From the NCBI GenBank assembly GCA_963665325.3, contig CAXXWS020000002.1, forward strand, positions 992,001 to 1,056,000: a stretch of DNA of 64,000 nt, in the 5' to 3' direction. A model generated the notes under the pieces. The model was not told where the DNA came from. It did not search any database and was given only the letters and a program-made list of their open reading frames with translations. This document shows positions 56,391-64,000 of this stretch, piece by piece (the stretch's first letter is position 1; each line of letters starts with the position of its first letter). The translations under genes were made by a program, and so were the position numbers. The DNA is from Alphaproteobacteria bacterium. Lineage in GTDB: Bacteria; Pseudomonadota; Alphaproteobacteria; Bin95.

Positions 56391-58469
56391 ATGATCCGGG
56401 GCGTCGGCGGCAGCACGCTCAGGGGCGGCCAGACCGTCTTCCACGGCATCCGCATGTGGGGCCAGCTGTTCCAGGCCGCGCTGCTGTTCGCCGCCTTCAC
56501 CACCGTCGCCGTCCCGGCCTGGAACCTCTGGCATTCGACCTCGGGCGCGGAGTGGTATGCCGCCGGCATGGTGACGCTCGCGGAGTCGAAGCTCGCGCTC
56601 GGCTACGAGCGGGACTCGGGCCAGGAAATCCGCTTCGCCGACGGCACGCGGCGCGTGCTCGCCATCCGCGACATCGCGTCGTCGATGCCGGCGCTCGAGG
56701 CGCGCGAGAAGATCCTCGACGAAATACTGGCGAGCGCCTGGCTCGGCCTGAAGACCGGCGGCGGGCTGATCGCGCTCTTCCTCGCCGTCTTCTGGTATCG
56801 CGGCGTGCAGCTCGGGCGGCAGAGGCGGATCCGGGGCGCGGAACTCGTGACCGGGGCCGAACTGCATCGCCGGCTGCGTCCGTTCCACCTGCGCCTGCTC
56901 GACCGCGCGCCGGGCGCAGCACGAACGCGGCCCTGGCGCATTGCCGGCATCCCCTATCCGGAGCGGACGGAGACGCAGCACACGATCGTCTCGGGCACCA
57001 CGGGCTCGGGCAAGACCGTGCTGATCTCCGACCTGGTGGCCCAGATCCGGGCGCGCGGCGAGCGCTGCGTGATCTACGACAAGATGGGCAGCTACACCGC
57101 GGCCTTCTTCGATCCCGGGCGCGACGTGCTGATGAACCCGCTGGACGCAAGGGCGCCGCGCTGGTCGCCCTTCCTCGAAGCGAGGAACCCCCGCGACTTC
57201 GACATGATGGCGGCCGCGCTGATCCCCCAGCAGAAGGACACGGTGGACCCCTTCTGGGTGACGGCGGCGCGCCAGCTCTTCTCCAACGGCGCGGGCGTGC
57301 TCCGGCAGAAGGGGGTGAAGGACAACAAGGTGCTGGTCGACCATCTCCTGAAGACCGACTTGACGGCGCTCGCCGAAGCCATGGAGGGCACGGTGGCGCA
57401 GTCGATCGTCGATCCCGACAACCCGAAGACCGCGCTCAGCGTCCGCGCCATGCTGACCGCCAACCTCTCGGCGTTGGAGTTCCTGCCCGATACCGGCAAG
57501 CCCTTCTCGATCCGGGAGTGGATCTCCGACGAGGAGCGCGGCGGGTTCCTGTTCCTCACGTCCAGGGGCGACCAGCATGCCAGCCTGCGCGGGCTGATCT
57601 CGACCTGGCTGGAGATCGCGGTCAACGCCATGCTCTCGCTGGCGCAGGACGACGGCAGGCGCATCTGGGTCATCCTCGACGAGCTGCCGACGCTCCACCA
57701 GGTGCCGAGCCTCCAGCCCGGCCTTGCCGAGAGCCGGCAGTTCGGCGGCTGCTTCGTCCTCGGCGTCCAGGTGGCGTCTGCCTTGCGCGACCTCTACGGC
57801 AGGAACGGCGCGGAGACGATATCCGGGCTCTGCGGCACCCGCGTGGTGCTGGCGGCGCCCGACCGCGACACCGCGCAGTGGTCGGCCGACAGCCTCGGCC
57901 GGAGCGAGGTCGAGGAAATCGCCGAGGGCTATTCCTACGGCGCCAACACGATTCGGGACGGGGTGAGCCTCACGCCGCGGCGCGAGCTCAGGGCGCTCAC
58001 GCTGCCGTCCGAGATCATGCGGCTGCCCAACCTGGAGGGCTATCTCAAGTTCCCCGGTCCCTGGCCCGTCGCCTCGATCCGGCTGAAATACGTCGCCCGG
58101 CCGAAGGCGGCGGAGCGGTTCGTGCCGCGCAAGGACGATGGGGCGGAGTCCGGCGAGACGCCTGCCACGGCGCGTTCCGGGGATGAAGGGGTGACGATCC
58201 CGGGGCCGCCGGGGCCGGATGAGATCGGCCGCGCCGACGGCCCGGATACGCCCGGCATGCCGTCCGGGCCGGCGTCCTGGCAGGGGGAGCTGGATCTTGT
58301 GCCGCTGCCGGGCGAGGCGGGGGATGCGCAACCGGACGTAGCAGCGGCCGAAACGGCGGACGGCGATGGCGGAGCGCCCGCGCCGCGCGACGATGCACCG
58401 GACGCCGGTTCGGAGCCGGCTGACCCGCCGCGCTCCTCCGATGGCGGCCGCACCTCCGACTGGGGCTGA
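56391..58469 (+). CDS. traD: Type IV coupling protein TraD
   Basis: Two TMs, ETQHTIVSGTTGSGKT, IYDKMG, NPLDAR, ILDELPTL, ESRQFGG. Confidence 0.95.
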   Translation: MIRGVGGSTLRGGQTVFHGIRMWGQLFQAALLFAAFTTVAVPAWNLWHSTSGAEWYAAGMVTLAESKLALGYERDSGQEIRFADGTRRVLAIRDIASSMPALEAREKILDEILASAWLGLKTGGGLIALFLAVFWYRGVQLGRQRRIRGAELVTGAELHRRLRPFHLRLLDRAPGAARTRPWRIAGIPYPERTETQHTIVSGTTGSGKTVLISDLVAQIRARGERCVIYDKMGSYTAAFFDPGRDVLMNPLDARAPRWSPFLEARNPRDFDMMAAALIPQQKDTVDPFWVTAARQLFSNGAGVLRQKGVKDNKVLVDHLLKTDLTALAEAMEGTVAQSIVDPDNPKTALSVRAMLTANLSALEFLPDTGKPFSIREWISDEERGGFLFLTSRGDQHASLRGLISTWLEIAVNAMLSLAQDDGRRIWVILDELPTLHQVPSLQPGLAESRQFGGCFVLGVQVASALRDLYGRNGAETISGLCGTRVVLAAPDRDTAQWSADSLGRSEVEEIAEGYSYGANTIRDGVSLTPRRELRALTLPSEIMRLPNLEGYLKFPGPWPVASIRLKYVARPKAAERFVPRKDDGAESGETPATARSGDEGVTIPGPPGPDEIGRADGPDTPGMPSGPASWQGELDLVPLPGEAGDAQPDVAAAETADGDGGAPAPRDDAPDAGSEPADPPRSSDGGRTSDWG

Positions 58470-58470
58470 C

Positions 58471-61400
58471 ATGCTGTCGATCGGCGCGCTCTCATCGGCG
58501 GCCCAGGGCGCGTCCTATTACGAGCGGGACGGCTATTACGAGAAGGACGATCCCGAGCATCGCGACGCCAGCGCCTGGGCCGGCAAGGGAGCGGAAGAGC
58601 TCGGGCTGACGGGTCCGGTCGATCCCGCGACCTTCCGCGCGGTCCTCGAAGGCAAGGTGCCCGACGGATCGGGCACCGAGCTCGGCCGCCGCGGCAAGGA
58701 CGGAGAGATCCTCCACCGTCCGGGCCGCGATCTCACCTTCTCGGCGCCCAAGTCGGTCTCGCTCGCCGCGCTGGTCGGCGGCGACCGGCGCATCGTCGAG
58801 GCGCACGACCGCGCCGTGTCGGCGACGCTCGCCTGGGTCGAGAAGAACGCCGCCGAGACCCGCATGAAAGATCCCGATACCGGCCGCATGGCGCGGGTGG
58901 GCAACCAGAAGATCGTCACCGCCACCTTCCGCCATGACACCTCGCGCAACCTCGATCCCCAGCTTCATACCCACGCGGTGCTGGCCAACATGGTCCAGGG
59001 GGAGGACGGCAAGTGGCGCTCGATGGCCAACGAGAGCCTTTACGCGAACCAGAAGCTGATCGGGATGCTCTACCGCAACGAGCTTGCGGCGGGGCTCGGG
59101 AAGCTCGGCTACGGCATCGAGAAGACCCATGCCGACGGGCGCTTCGAGATCGCCGGCGTCTCCAGGGAAGCCATCGAGGCGTTCTCGAGCCGCCGCGCCG
59201 AGATCGAGGCGGCGATGGAAGCGCGCGGGCTCGGCGCTTCGGCGGACAATCCGCGCATCGCGGAGCGCGCCGCGCTGATGACGCGGGCGAAGAAGCGCGA
59301 CATCGACCGCGCCGAACTCGGGAGCGTGTGGCAGCGCCAGGCCGCCGATCTCGGCCTCGACGCGAAGGCGCTGGTTGCGGAGGCCGAGGGGAATTCCGCC
59401 GCGCCGGTGCGGGACGCCGGGATAGAGCCGACGGTTGGACCGGACGCAGGATCGGCCAGAGAGGCGCCTGCGGCGCTTCCCGGTATCGATGGCGCGCCGG
59501 CTCCGGATGCTCCCCGGATCGAACCGGTGTCCGGGGATTTGCGGTCAAGCGGCAACGGGATGCAGGCGCCCGGGCGCGACGCCGCGCCGGAACCTGCGCC
59601 GGCATCGCCCGCCGCGGAGGCCGTGGCCTGGGCGATGGCGCATCTCTCGGAACGGGAGGCGGTATTTGCGCGCACCGATCTGCTGGCGGCCGCGCTTGCC
59701 CATGCGCCCGGCGCCGTGGCGATCGGGGAGGTGGAGCGGGAAGTCGCGGCGCTGGAGAAGGCCGGAACGCTGCACGCCGTCGACCTGCCCGGCGCCGAGA
59801 CCTCCCTCGCGACCGACCGCACGGTGGGCGAGGAGCGCGAGACGGTGGCGCTCATGCGCGGCGGTCAGGCTCGCGGCCGGGCGCCGATGCGCGGCTGGCA
59901 GGTCCAGGGGCACCTCAACAAGGGGCCGCTCACGGCCGGGCAGAAGGACGCGGTGAAGCTGATTCTGTCGGCGAAGGACCGGGTGGTCGGCGTGCAGGGC
60001 TACGCCGGGACGGGCAAGACCACCATGCTGAACCGGGCCAGGACGCTCGCGGAGAAGAAGGGCTGGCGCATGGCGGGGCTCGCGCCCTCGGCCTCGGCGG
60101 CGCAAACCCTGGCCTCGGAGGCCGGCATTGCCACCGAAACCCTCCAGATGTTCCTCGCCCGCAATGCCGGGGTGGCCGAGGGCAGGCTCACGAAAAAGGG
60201 CGCGAGGGAGATGCGCGCCGCCTTCGCGAAGACGATCCTGGTGGTCGACGAGGGCTCGCTCGCCTCGACCGTGCAGGCGCGCGACCTGCTGCGCATAGCG
60301 GCCGAGCTGCGGATTCCCCGCGTTGTGCTGGTGGGCGATGCGAAGCAGCTCGACGCGGTGGACGCGGGGAAGCCTTTCGCCCAGCTCCAGGCCGCCGGCA
60401 TGCAGACCGCCACGATGGACGAGATCATGCGCCAGCGCGATCCCGTGCTGAAGGAGGCGGTCGAGGCGAGCCTGAAGGGCGACATCGGACGCGCGTTCGA
60501 GAAGCTCGGGTCCAACGTCGCGGAGGTCAAACCCGACAATATCGCCGGCGCCGTCGCCGCGCGCTGGCTCCGGCTCGACGCGGAAGCGCGTGAGAACACC
60601 GGCGTCATGGCGCCCTCGCACCAGCTGCGGCAGGCGATCAACGGCCATATCCGCGAGCGCCTCGCCCGCGAGGGCCGCATCCACGGGCCGAAGATGGAGA
60701 GCGAGAGGCTGGTGTCGATGGGCTACACCAACGCCGAGAAGGCGCTGGCCGCCAACTATGGCGTGGGCGACGTGGTGGCGTTCCACCGCCCCTACAAGCG
60801 GATCGGGGTCGAGAAGGGCGACGAACGGCGCGTGATGGGCGTCGACCACAAGGCCCGTGCGGTGCTGCTCGACGATCGCCACGGCGGCAAGGTCGCCTGG
60901 AAGCCGGAGGAGATCGGCGGACGCCGGGGCGGCAGCGAGGTCTATCGCGCGGAAGAAATCGAGCTCCGGGCCGGCGACCGCATCCGCTGGACCCGCAACG
61001 ACGCCGGGCTCGGGCTGGTCAACAGCCGCACGGCGGAGGTGCTGAAGGTCGCCAACGGCCGGGTGACGTTCCGCCTGGAGGACGGCAAGACGCTCGAACT
61101 CGGCAAGGGCGACCCGCAGCTGCGCCATCTCGACCACGCCTGGGCGTCGACCGTGCACGCCTTCCAGGGCCGCACGGTGGACAACGTCATCGCCGCGATG
61201 GAGGCCAGGCACCCGCATCTGACCACGCAGAAAAGCTTCTACGTCGAGATCAGCCGGGCGCGCGACCGCGCCGAGCTGGTGACCGACGACGCGGCCGAGC
61301 TCCGCGCCCAGCTCCAGGCCGCCACCGGCGAGCGCATCGCGGCGCTCGAAGGGATCGGCGAGATGAAGCGCGAGGCGCCGGACAAGGCTGGCGAGGCGGC

Positions 61401-61539
61401 ACGGGACCGGTCGATGCAGCCGGAACGTGGCATTGGCGAAGATGCCGGAAAGGCGCGCGAGGGCATGAAGACCCCCGCGAAAGCGCCGGAACCGCCGGTC
61501 CGCGACCGCGGCAAGGGAGGCGTGGACCTTGGATTGTGA
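58471..61539 (+). CDS. traI: MOBF relaxase-helicase TraI/TrwC
   Basis: YYERDGYY, DLTFSAPKSVS, DPQLHTHAVLAN, VQGYAGTGKTT, STVHAFQGRT. Confidence 0.95.
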   Translation: MLSIGALSSAAQGASYYERDGYYEKDDPEHRDASAWAGKGAEELGLTGPVDPATFRAVLEGKVPDGSGTELGRRGKDGEILHRPGRDLTFSAPKSVSLAALVGGDRRIVEAHDRAVSATLAWVEKNAAETRMKDPDTGRMARVGNQKIVTATFRHDTSRNLDPQLHTHAVLANMVQGEDGKWRSMANESLYANQKLIGMLYRNELAAGLGKLGYGIEKTHADGRFEIAGVSREAIEAFSSRRAEIEAAMEARGLGASADNPRIAERAALMTRAKKRDIDRAELGSVWQRQAADLGLDAKALVAEAEGNSAAPVRDAGIEPTVGPDAGSAREAPAALPGIDGAPAPDAPRIEPVSGDLRSSGNGMQAPGRDAAPEPAPASPAAEAVAWAMAHLSEREAVFARTDLLAAALAHAPGAVAIGEVEREVAALEKAGTLHAVDLPGAETSLATDRTVGEERETVALMRGGQARGRAPMRGWQVQGHLNKGPLTAGQKDAVKLILSAKDRVVGVQGYAGTGKTTMLNRARTLAEKKGWRMAGLAPSASAAQTLASEAGIATETLQMFLARNAGVAEGRLTKKGAREMRAAFAKTILVVDEGSLASTVQARDLLRIAAELRIPRVVLVGDAKQLDAVDAGKPFAQLQAAGMQTATMDEIMRQRDPVLKEAVEASLKGDIGRAFEKLGSNVAEVKPDNIAGAVAARWLRLDAEARENTGVMAPSHQLRQAINGHIRERLAREGRIHGPKMESERLVSMGYTNAEKALAANYGVGDVVAFHRPYKRIGVEKGDERRVMGVDHKARAVLLDDRHGGKVAWKPEEIGGRRGGSEVYRAEEIELRAGDRIRWTRNDAGLGLVNSRTAEVLKVANGRVTFRLEDGKTLELGKGDPQLRHLDHAWASTVHAFQGRTVDNVIAAMEARHPHLTTQKSFYVEISRARDRAELVTDDAAELRAQLQAATGERIAALEGIGEMKREAPDKAGEAARDRSMQPERGIGEDAGKAREGMKTPAKAPEPPVRDRGKGGVDLGL

Positions 61540-62041
61540 GGGCAAAGGCACGCCGGAGCGGGCCGGGCGGCCGCGTCTCGCCGTGCTCATCGACGGCGAG
61601 AACGCCGGCGCGTGCCATGCAGGGGCGGTGTTCAGGGCCGCCGAAGCACTCGGCGAGGCCACGGTGCGGCGCATCTACGGCGACTTCTCGAACCGCCGGC
61701 TGGTCTCGTGGAGCGCTGCAATCCGCTCATACTCGATCGTGCCGTGCTATCAGCCGGCTTATGCGCGGGGCAAGAACGCTGCCGATATCGCGCTCGCGAT
61801 GGACGCGATGGACCTGATGCACCGCGAGGGGTTGGATGGAGTCTGCCTGATGTCGAGCGACAGGGACTTCACCCGGCTCGCCCGGCGGCTCCGCGAGGGC
61901 GGGCTTGCGGTCTACGGCTTCGGCGAAAGCAAGACGCCGCAGGCGTTCCGGGCGACCTGCCATCGCTTCGAGGCCGTGGGAAAGGTCCGGGAACGGGCAC
62001 GCGAGCCGGGGCAGCGGTTCTTCCGGGAGCCGGATCGATGA
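61529..62041 (+). CDS. NYN/LabA-DUF88 (PIN-like) domain protein
   Basis: LAVLIDGEN, RRIYGDF, GKNAADIALAMDAMD, SSDRDF, VYGFG. Confidence 0.88.
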   Translation: MDCEGKGTPERAGRPRLAVLIDGENAGACHAGAVFRAAEALGEATVRRIYGDFSNRRLVSWSAAIRSYSIVPCYQPAYARGKNAADIALAMDAMDLMHREGLDGVCLMSSDRDFTRLARRLREGGLAVYGFGESKTPQAFRATCHRFEAVGKVRERAREPGQRFFREPDR

Positions 62042-62421
62042 GCGAAGACGACCGGAACGCGGCCGCCGGCGGCGGGAACGAGCCCGGAAAGGCGGACGAC
62101 AACCGCAAGACCCGGAGCATCCGCTTCTCCGAATCCGAGTGGGATGAGGTCAGGAACGCCGCGCTGGCGCACGATCTGCCGGCCGCGGAGTTCGTCCGGG
62201 AGCGGATTCTGGCGCTCGTCCGCGCCCCGGAGAGCACGGATCGGGCAACGGTTCCGGCCTCGATGGCGCCGCTGATCGAGCGGATGTTCCGCTACACCTG
62301 GTTCCTGGCGACCGAGAAACGCGACGCGATGCTGCGCGAGGGGCGCGAAGCGGAGCTCGAAAAGCTGGTCGCCGAGGCCCGCGCGTTCCAGGAATCGCTC
62401 GGCGGTGACGCCCCGGACTGA
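62038..62421 (+). CDS. Ribbon-helix-helix relaxosome accessory protein
   Basis: ATGA overlap; KTRSIRFSESEWDEVRNAALAHDLPAAEFVRERIL; adjacent to oriT. Confidence 0.75.
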   Translation: MSEDDRNAAAGGGNEPGKADDNRKTRSIRFSESEWDEVRNAALAHDLPAAEFVRERILALVRAPESTDRATVPASMAPLIERMFRYTWFLATEKRDAMLREGREAELEKLVAEARAFQESLGGDAPD

Positions 62422-62464
62422 GCGCAATCCCCTTCCCGAGGAGGCGGATTCGAGCCTCACGGGC

Positions 62465-62615
62465 GAAACTCATACGCAACTCGCGCGAGTTTCACGCGGA
62501 ACTCGCCGAACACAATCCGAAACCCGATGAGTTGCGCACGAGTTGCGCGGGGGCGCACGCGGGGCCATGCGGGGCCAAGGCGGTGACGATCCGCGAGTTG
62601 CGCGCGAAACTCGCT
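62465..62615. repeat. Cluster of about 8 AACTC/GAGTT-core repeats (consensus CGCAACTCGC) in both orientations
   Basis: Examples cgcaactcgc, gcgagtttc, gaactcgc, atgagttgcg, cgagttgcg, gcgagttgcg, gaaactcgc; probable relaxosome binding sites. Confidence 0.55.
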
Positions 62616-62692
62616 CGCTCCAACAACCGCATGGCCCCCGTTGGCACCGAAAGGCCCCGCAAGGGCACGGCATGGACCCCCATGGCACGCCT

Positions 62693-62715
62693 GCATCAAC
62701 GATGCGTGGGGTGTG
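62693..62715 (+). promoter_or_regulatory. oriT: oriT nic site, F-like
   Basis: GCATC-AAC-GATGC hairpin followed by GTGGGGTGT^G; TGCGTGGGGTGTG matches the F-plasmid TraI site; predicted nick 62714/62715. Confidence 0.8.
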
Positions 62716-63230
62716 AAGCCGAAGCCGCCCCGGGCGGTCGGGACGGCGAAATCGGCAGCATCGATGTTCGGGAAATCGTCGCCGGGGAACCCGGCGGAGG
62801 GGAGCCACCACGGCGCTTGAGTGGCGGCTGGCGCGGACACCGCGAAGGGGCGCGGTGTCGAGCGAAGTGACGGCGGGCGCGGCGCGAGCGCCGTCACGAG
62901 CACCGGCGGAAGTGCCGGGCGCTCCGCGGGCGGCGGTGCGCGCCGATCGCGACAGCGGGCGCGCGCAAGTGCATCGGCTGGCGATCGGGCCGACGATCGG
63001 CACGGCCGACGGCGGCGAGGGCAGCGGTGCGAAGCACCCTGCCGGGGATGCCGATCATGACGATTGCCATGATGATCGTCGCGACGGTCGCAACGACCGT
63101 CGGCGATGGCGAGCGGCGCGAAGCGCGCGAGGATGACGGTGCTGCCGCAACGCCGTCGGTCGGGAAACGAAACGGGCCGCGCCGCCGTCCCGATGCCGGG
63201 ATGACGACGCGGCCCGTCGACGCGCTGCGG

Positions 63231-64000
63231 TCAGACGCGGCAGACCGGGATGCCGAGCGAGCGCGCCTTGTCGACGAGGTTCTCGGTGATGCCCGAACCG
63301 GGGAAGGCGATGACGCCCTTCGGCAGGAGTTGCAGCAGCTCGTCGTTGCGGCGGAACGGGGCGGCGCGTCCGTGACGGTCCCAGTCCGGCTTGCAGACGA
63401 CCTGGTGGACGCCGTTGCGCTCGGCCCAGCTTGCCGCGATCTTCTCGACGCCGGGGCCGCCGCCATGGACCAGCACCATGTCGCCATGCTTGGCGCGGGT
63501 CCTGTCGAGCATGCGGATGACCGCGCCCGGGTCGGCGACGTCCCTGCCGCCGGCGATGGCGACGAGGGTTCCCTGCGGCAGATGCGCCATGGTCTTGCGG
63601 TCCTTCCTCGCGCGCTGGTAGTCGCGGGCGTCGATGGCCGCGCTGGTCAGCCTGCCGGTCTCGGAGACGTGGCTGCCGCGCCGGGGACGCCAGACGCTGC
63701 CCGTCGCGTTGCGGTAGGCGTCGGCGGCGGTGTCGCGCAGGGTCTCGAAGGCGTCGCGCCGGTCGGTCAGGCACTGCGCCCGGTGGGTGGTCATCTCCAG
63801 CTCCAGCGACTTGATCTCGGTGCCGTCCTGGGCCTTCTGGAGGTCGCGGAGGTCGGGCATCAGCTTGTCGGCGGCGCGGTCGAGGCGGCGGGTCTGTGCG
63901 TCGAGCATGTTGACGAAGCCCCAGAGCAGGCTCTCGCGTTCGTCGGCGATCTGGAACCCGTCGGGTGCGACGCCCTCGGCCAGGATGCGGAAGGCTTCGC
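63231..64000 (-). CDS. DUF2493 (SLOG/YspA-like) domain protein, 5' end outside window
   Basis: VAIAGG, VLVHGGGPGVEKIAASWA, KPDWDRHGRAAPFRRNDELL, IAFPGSGITENLVDKAR. Confidence 0.85.
   Translation of the reverse strand, partial: EAFRILAEGVAPDGFQIADERESLLWGFVNMLDAQTRRLDRAADKLMPDLRDLQKAQDGTEIKSLELEMTTHRAQCLTDRRDAFETLRDTAADAYRNATGSVWRPRRGSHVSETGRLTSAAIDARDYQRARKDRKTMAHLPQGTLVAIAGGRDVADPGAVIRMLDRTRAKHGDMVLVHGGGPGVEKIAASWAERNGVHQVVCKPDWDRHGRAAPFRRNDELLQLLPKGVIAFPGSGITENLVDKARSLGIPVCRV

Noticed and set aside
1-64000. rRNA, tRNA or riboswitch genes
   Set aside because: None recognised by eye; a covariance-model search (Infernal/Rfam, tRNAscan-SE) would be needed to exclude them

Overview
A very GC-rich window, probably from an alphaproteobacterium (inference), that is almost entirely nested mobile DNA. 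From left to right: (1) the 3' end of a host hot-dog-fold dehydratase and a decayed catalase; (2) a putative mobilizable element (~1.7-20 kb) with three ribbon-helix-helix genes, a MOBF relaxase carrying a long repetitive tail, an autotransporter preceded by 35 copies of an 8-bp repeat, and two tandem tyrosine integrases; (3) a 3.36-kb large-serine-recombinase element inserted into the last codons of one integrase; (4) a head-to-tail dimer of an IS66-family element carrying a DUF4338-like gene, followed by a 147-bp MITE; (5) a paralogous autotransporter with a 37-unit 8-bp repeat inside its reading frame; (6) an FseA-like/RdfS-like regulatory pair separated by an intact IS21; (7) a full F-type conjugation region (traALEKBVC-trbI-peptidase-traW-ssb-traU-trbC-traNFHG-traD-traI) with an F-like oriT nic site. 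The two strongest candidates for new biology: a pair of repeat-switched adhesin-like autotransporters (one reads out of frame, one in frame) with a hypervariable N-terminal domain; and a serine-recombinase element whose excision would create the start codon of its own small gene, change the recombinase C-terminus and restore the host integrase. All family assignments come from motif recognition by eye; no database search was run.
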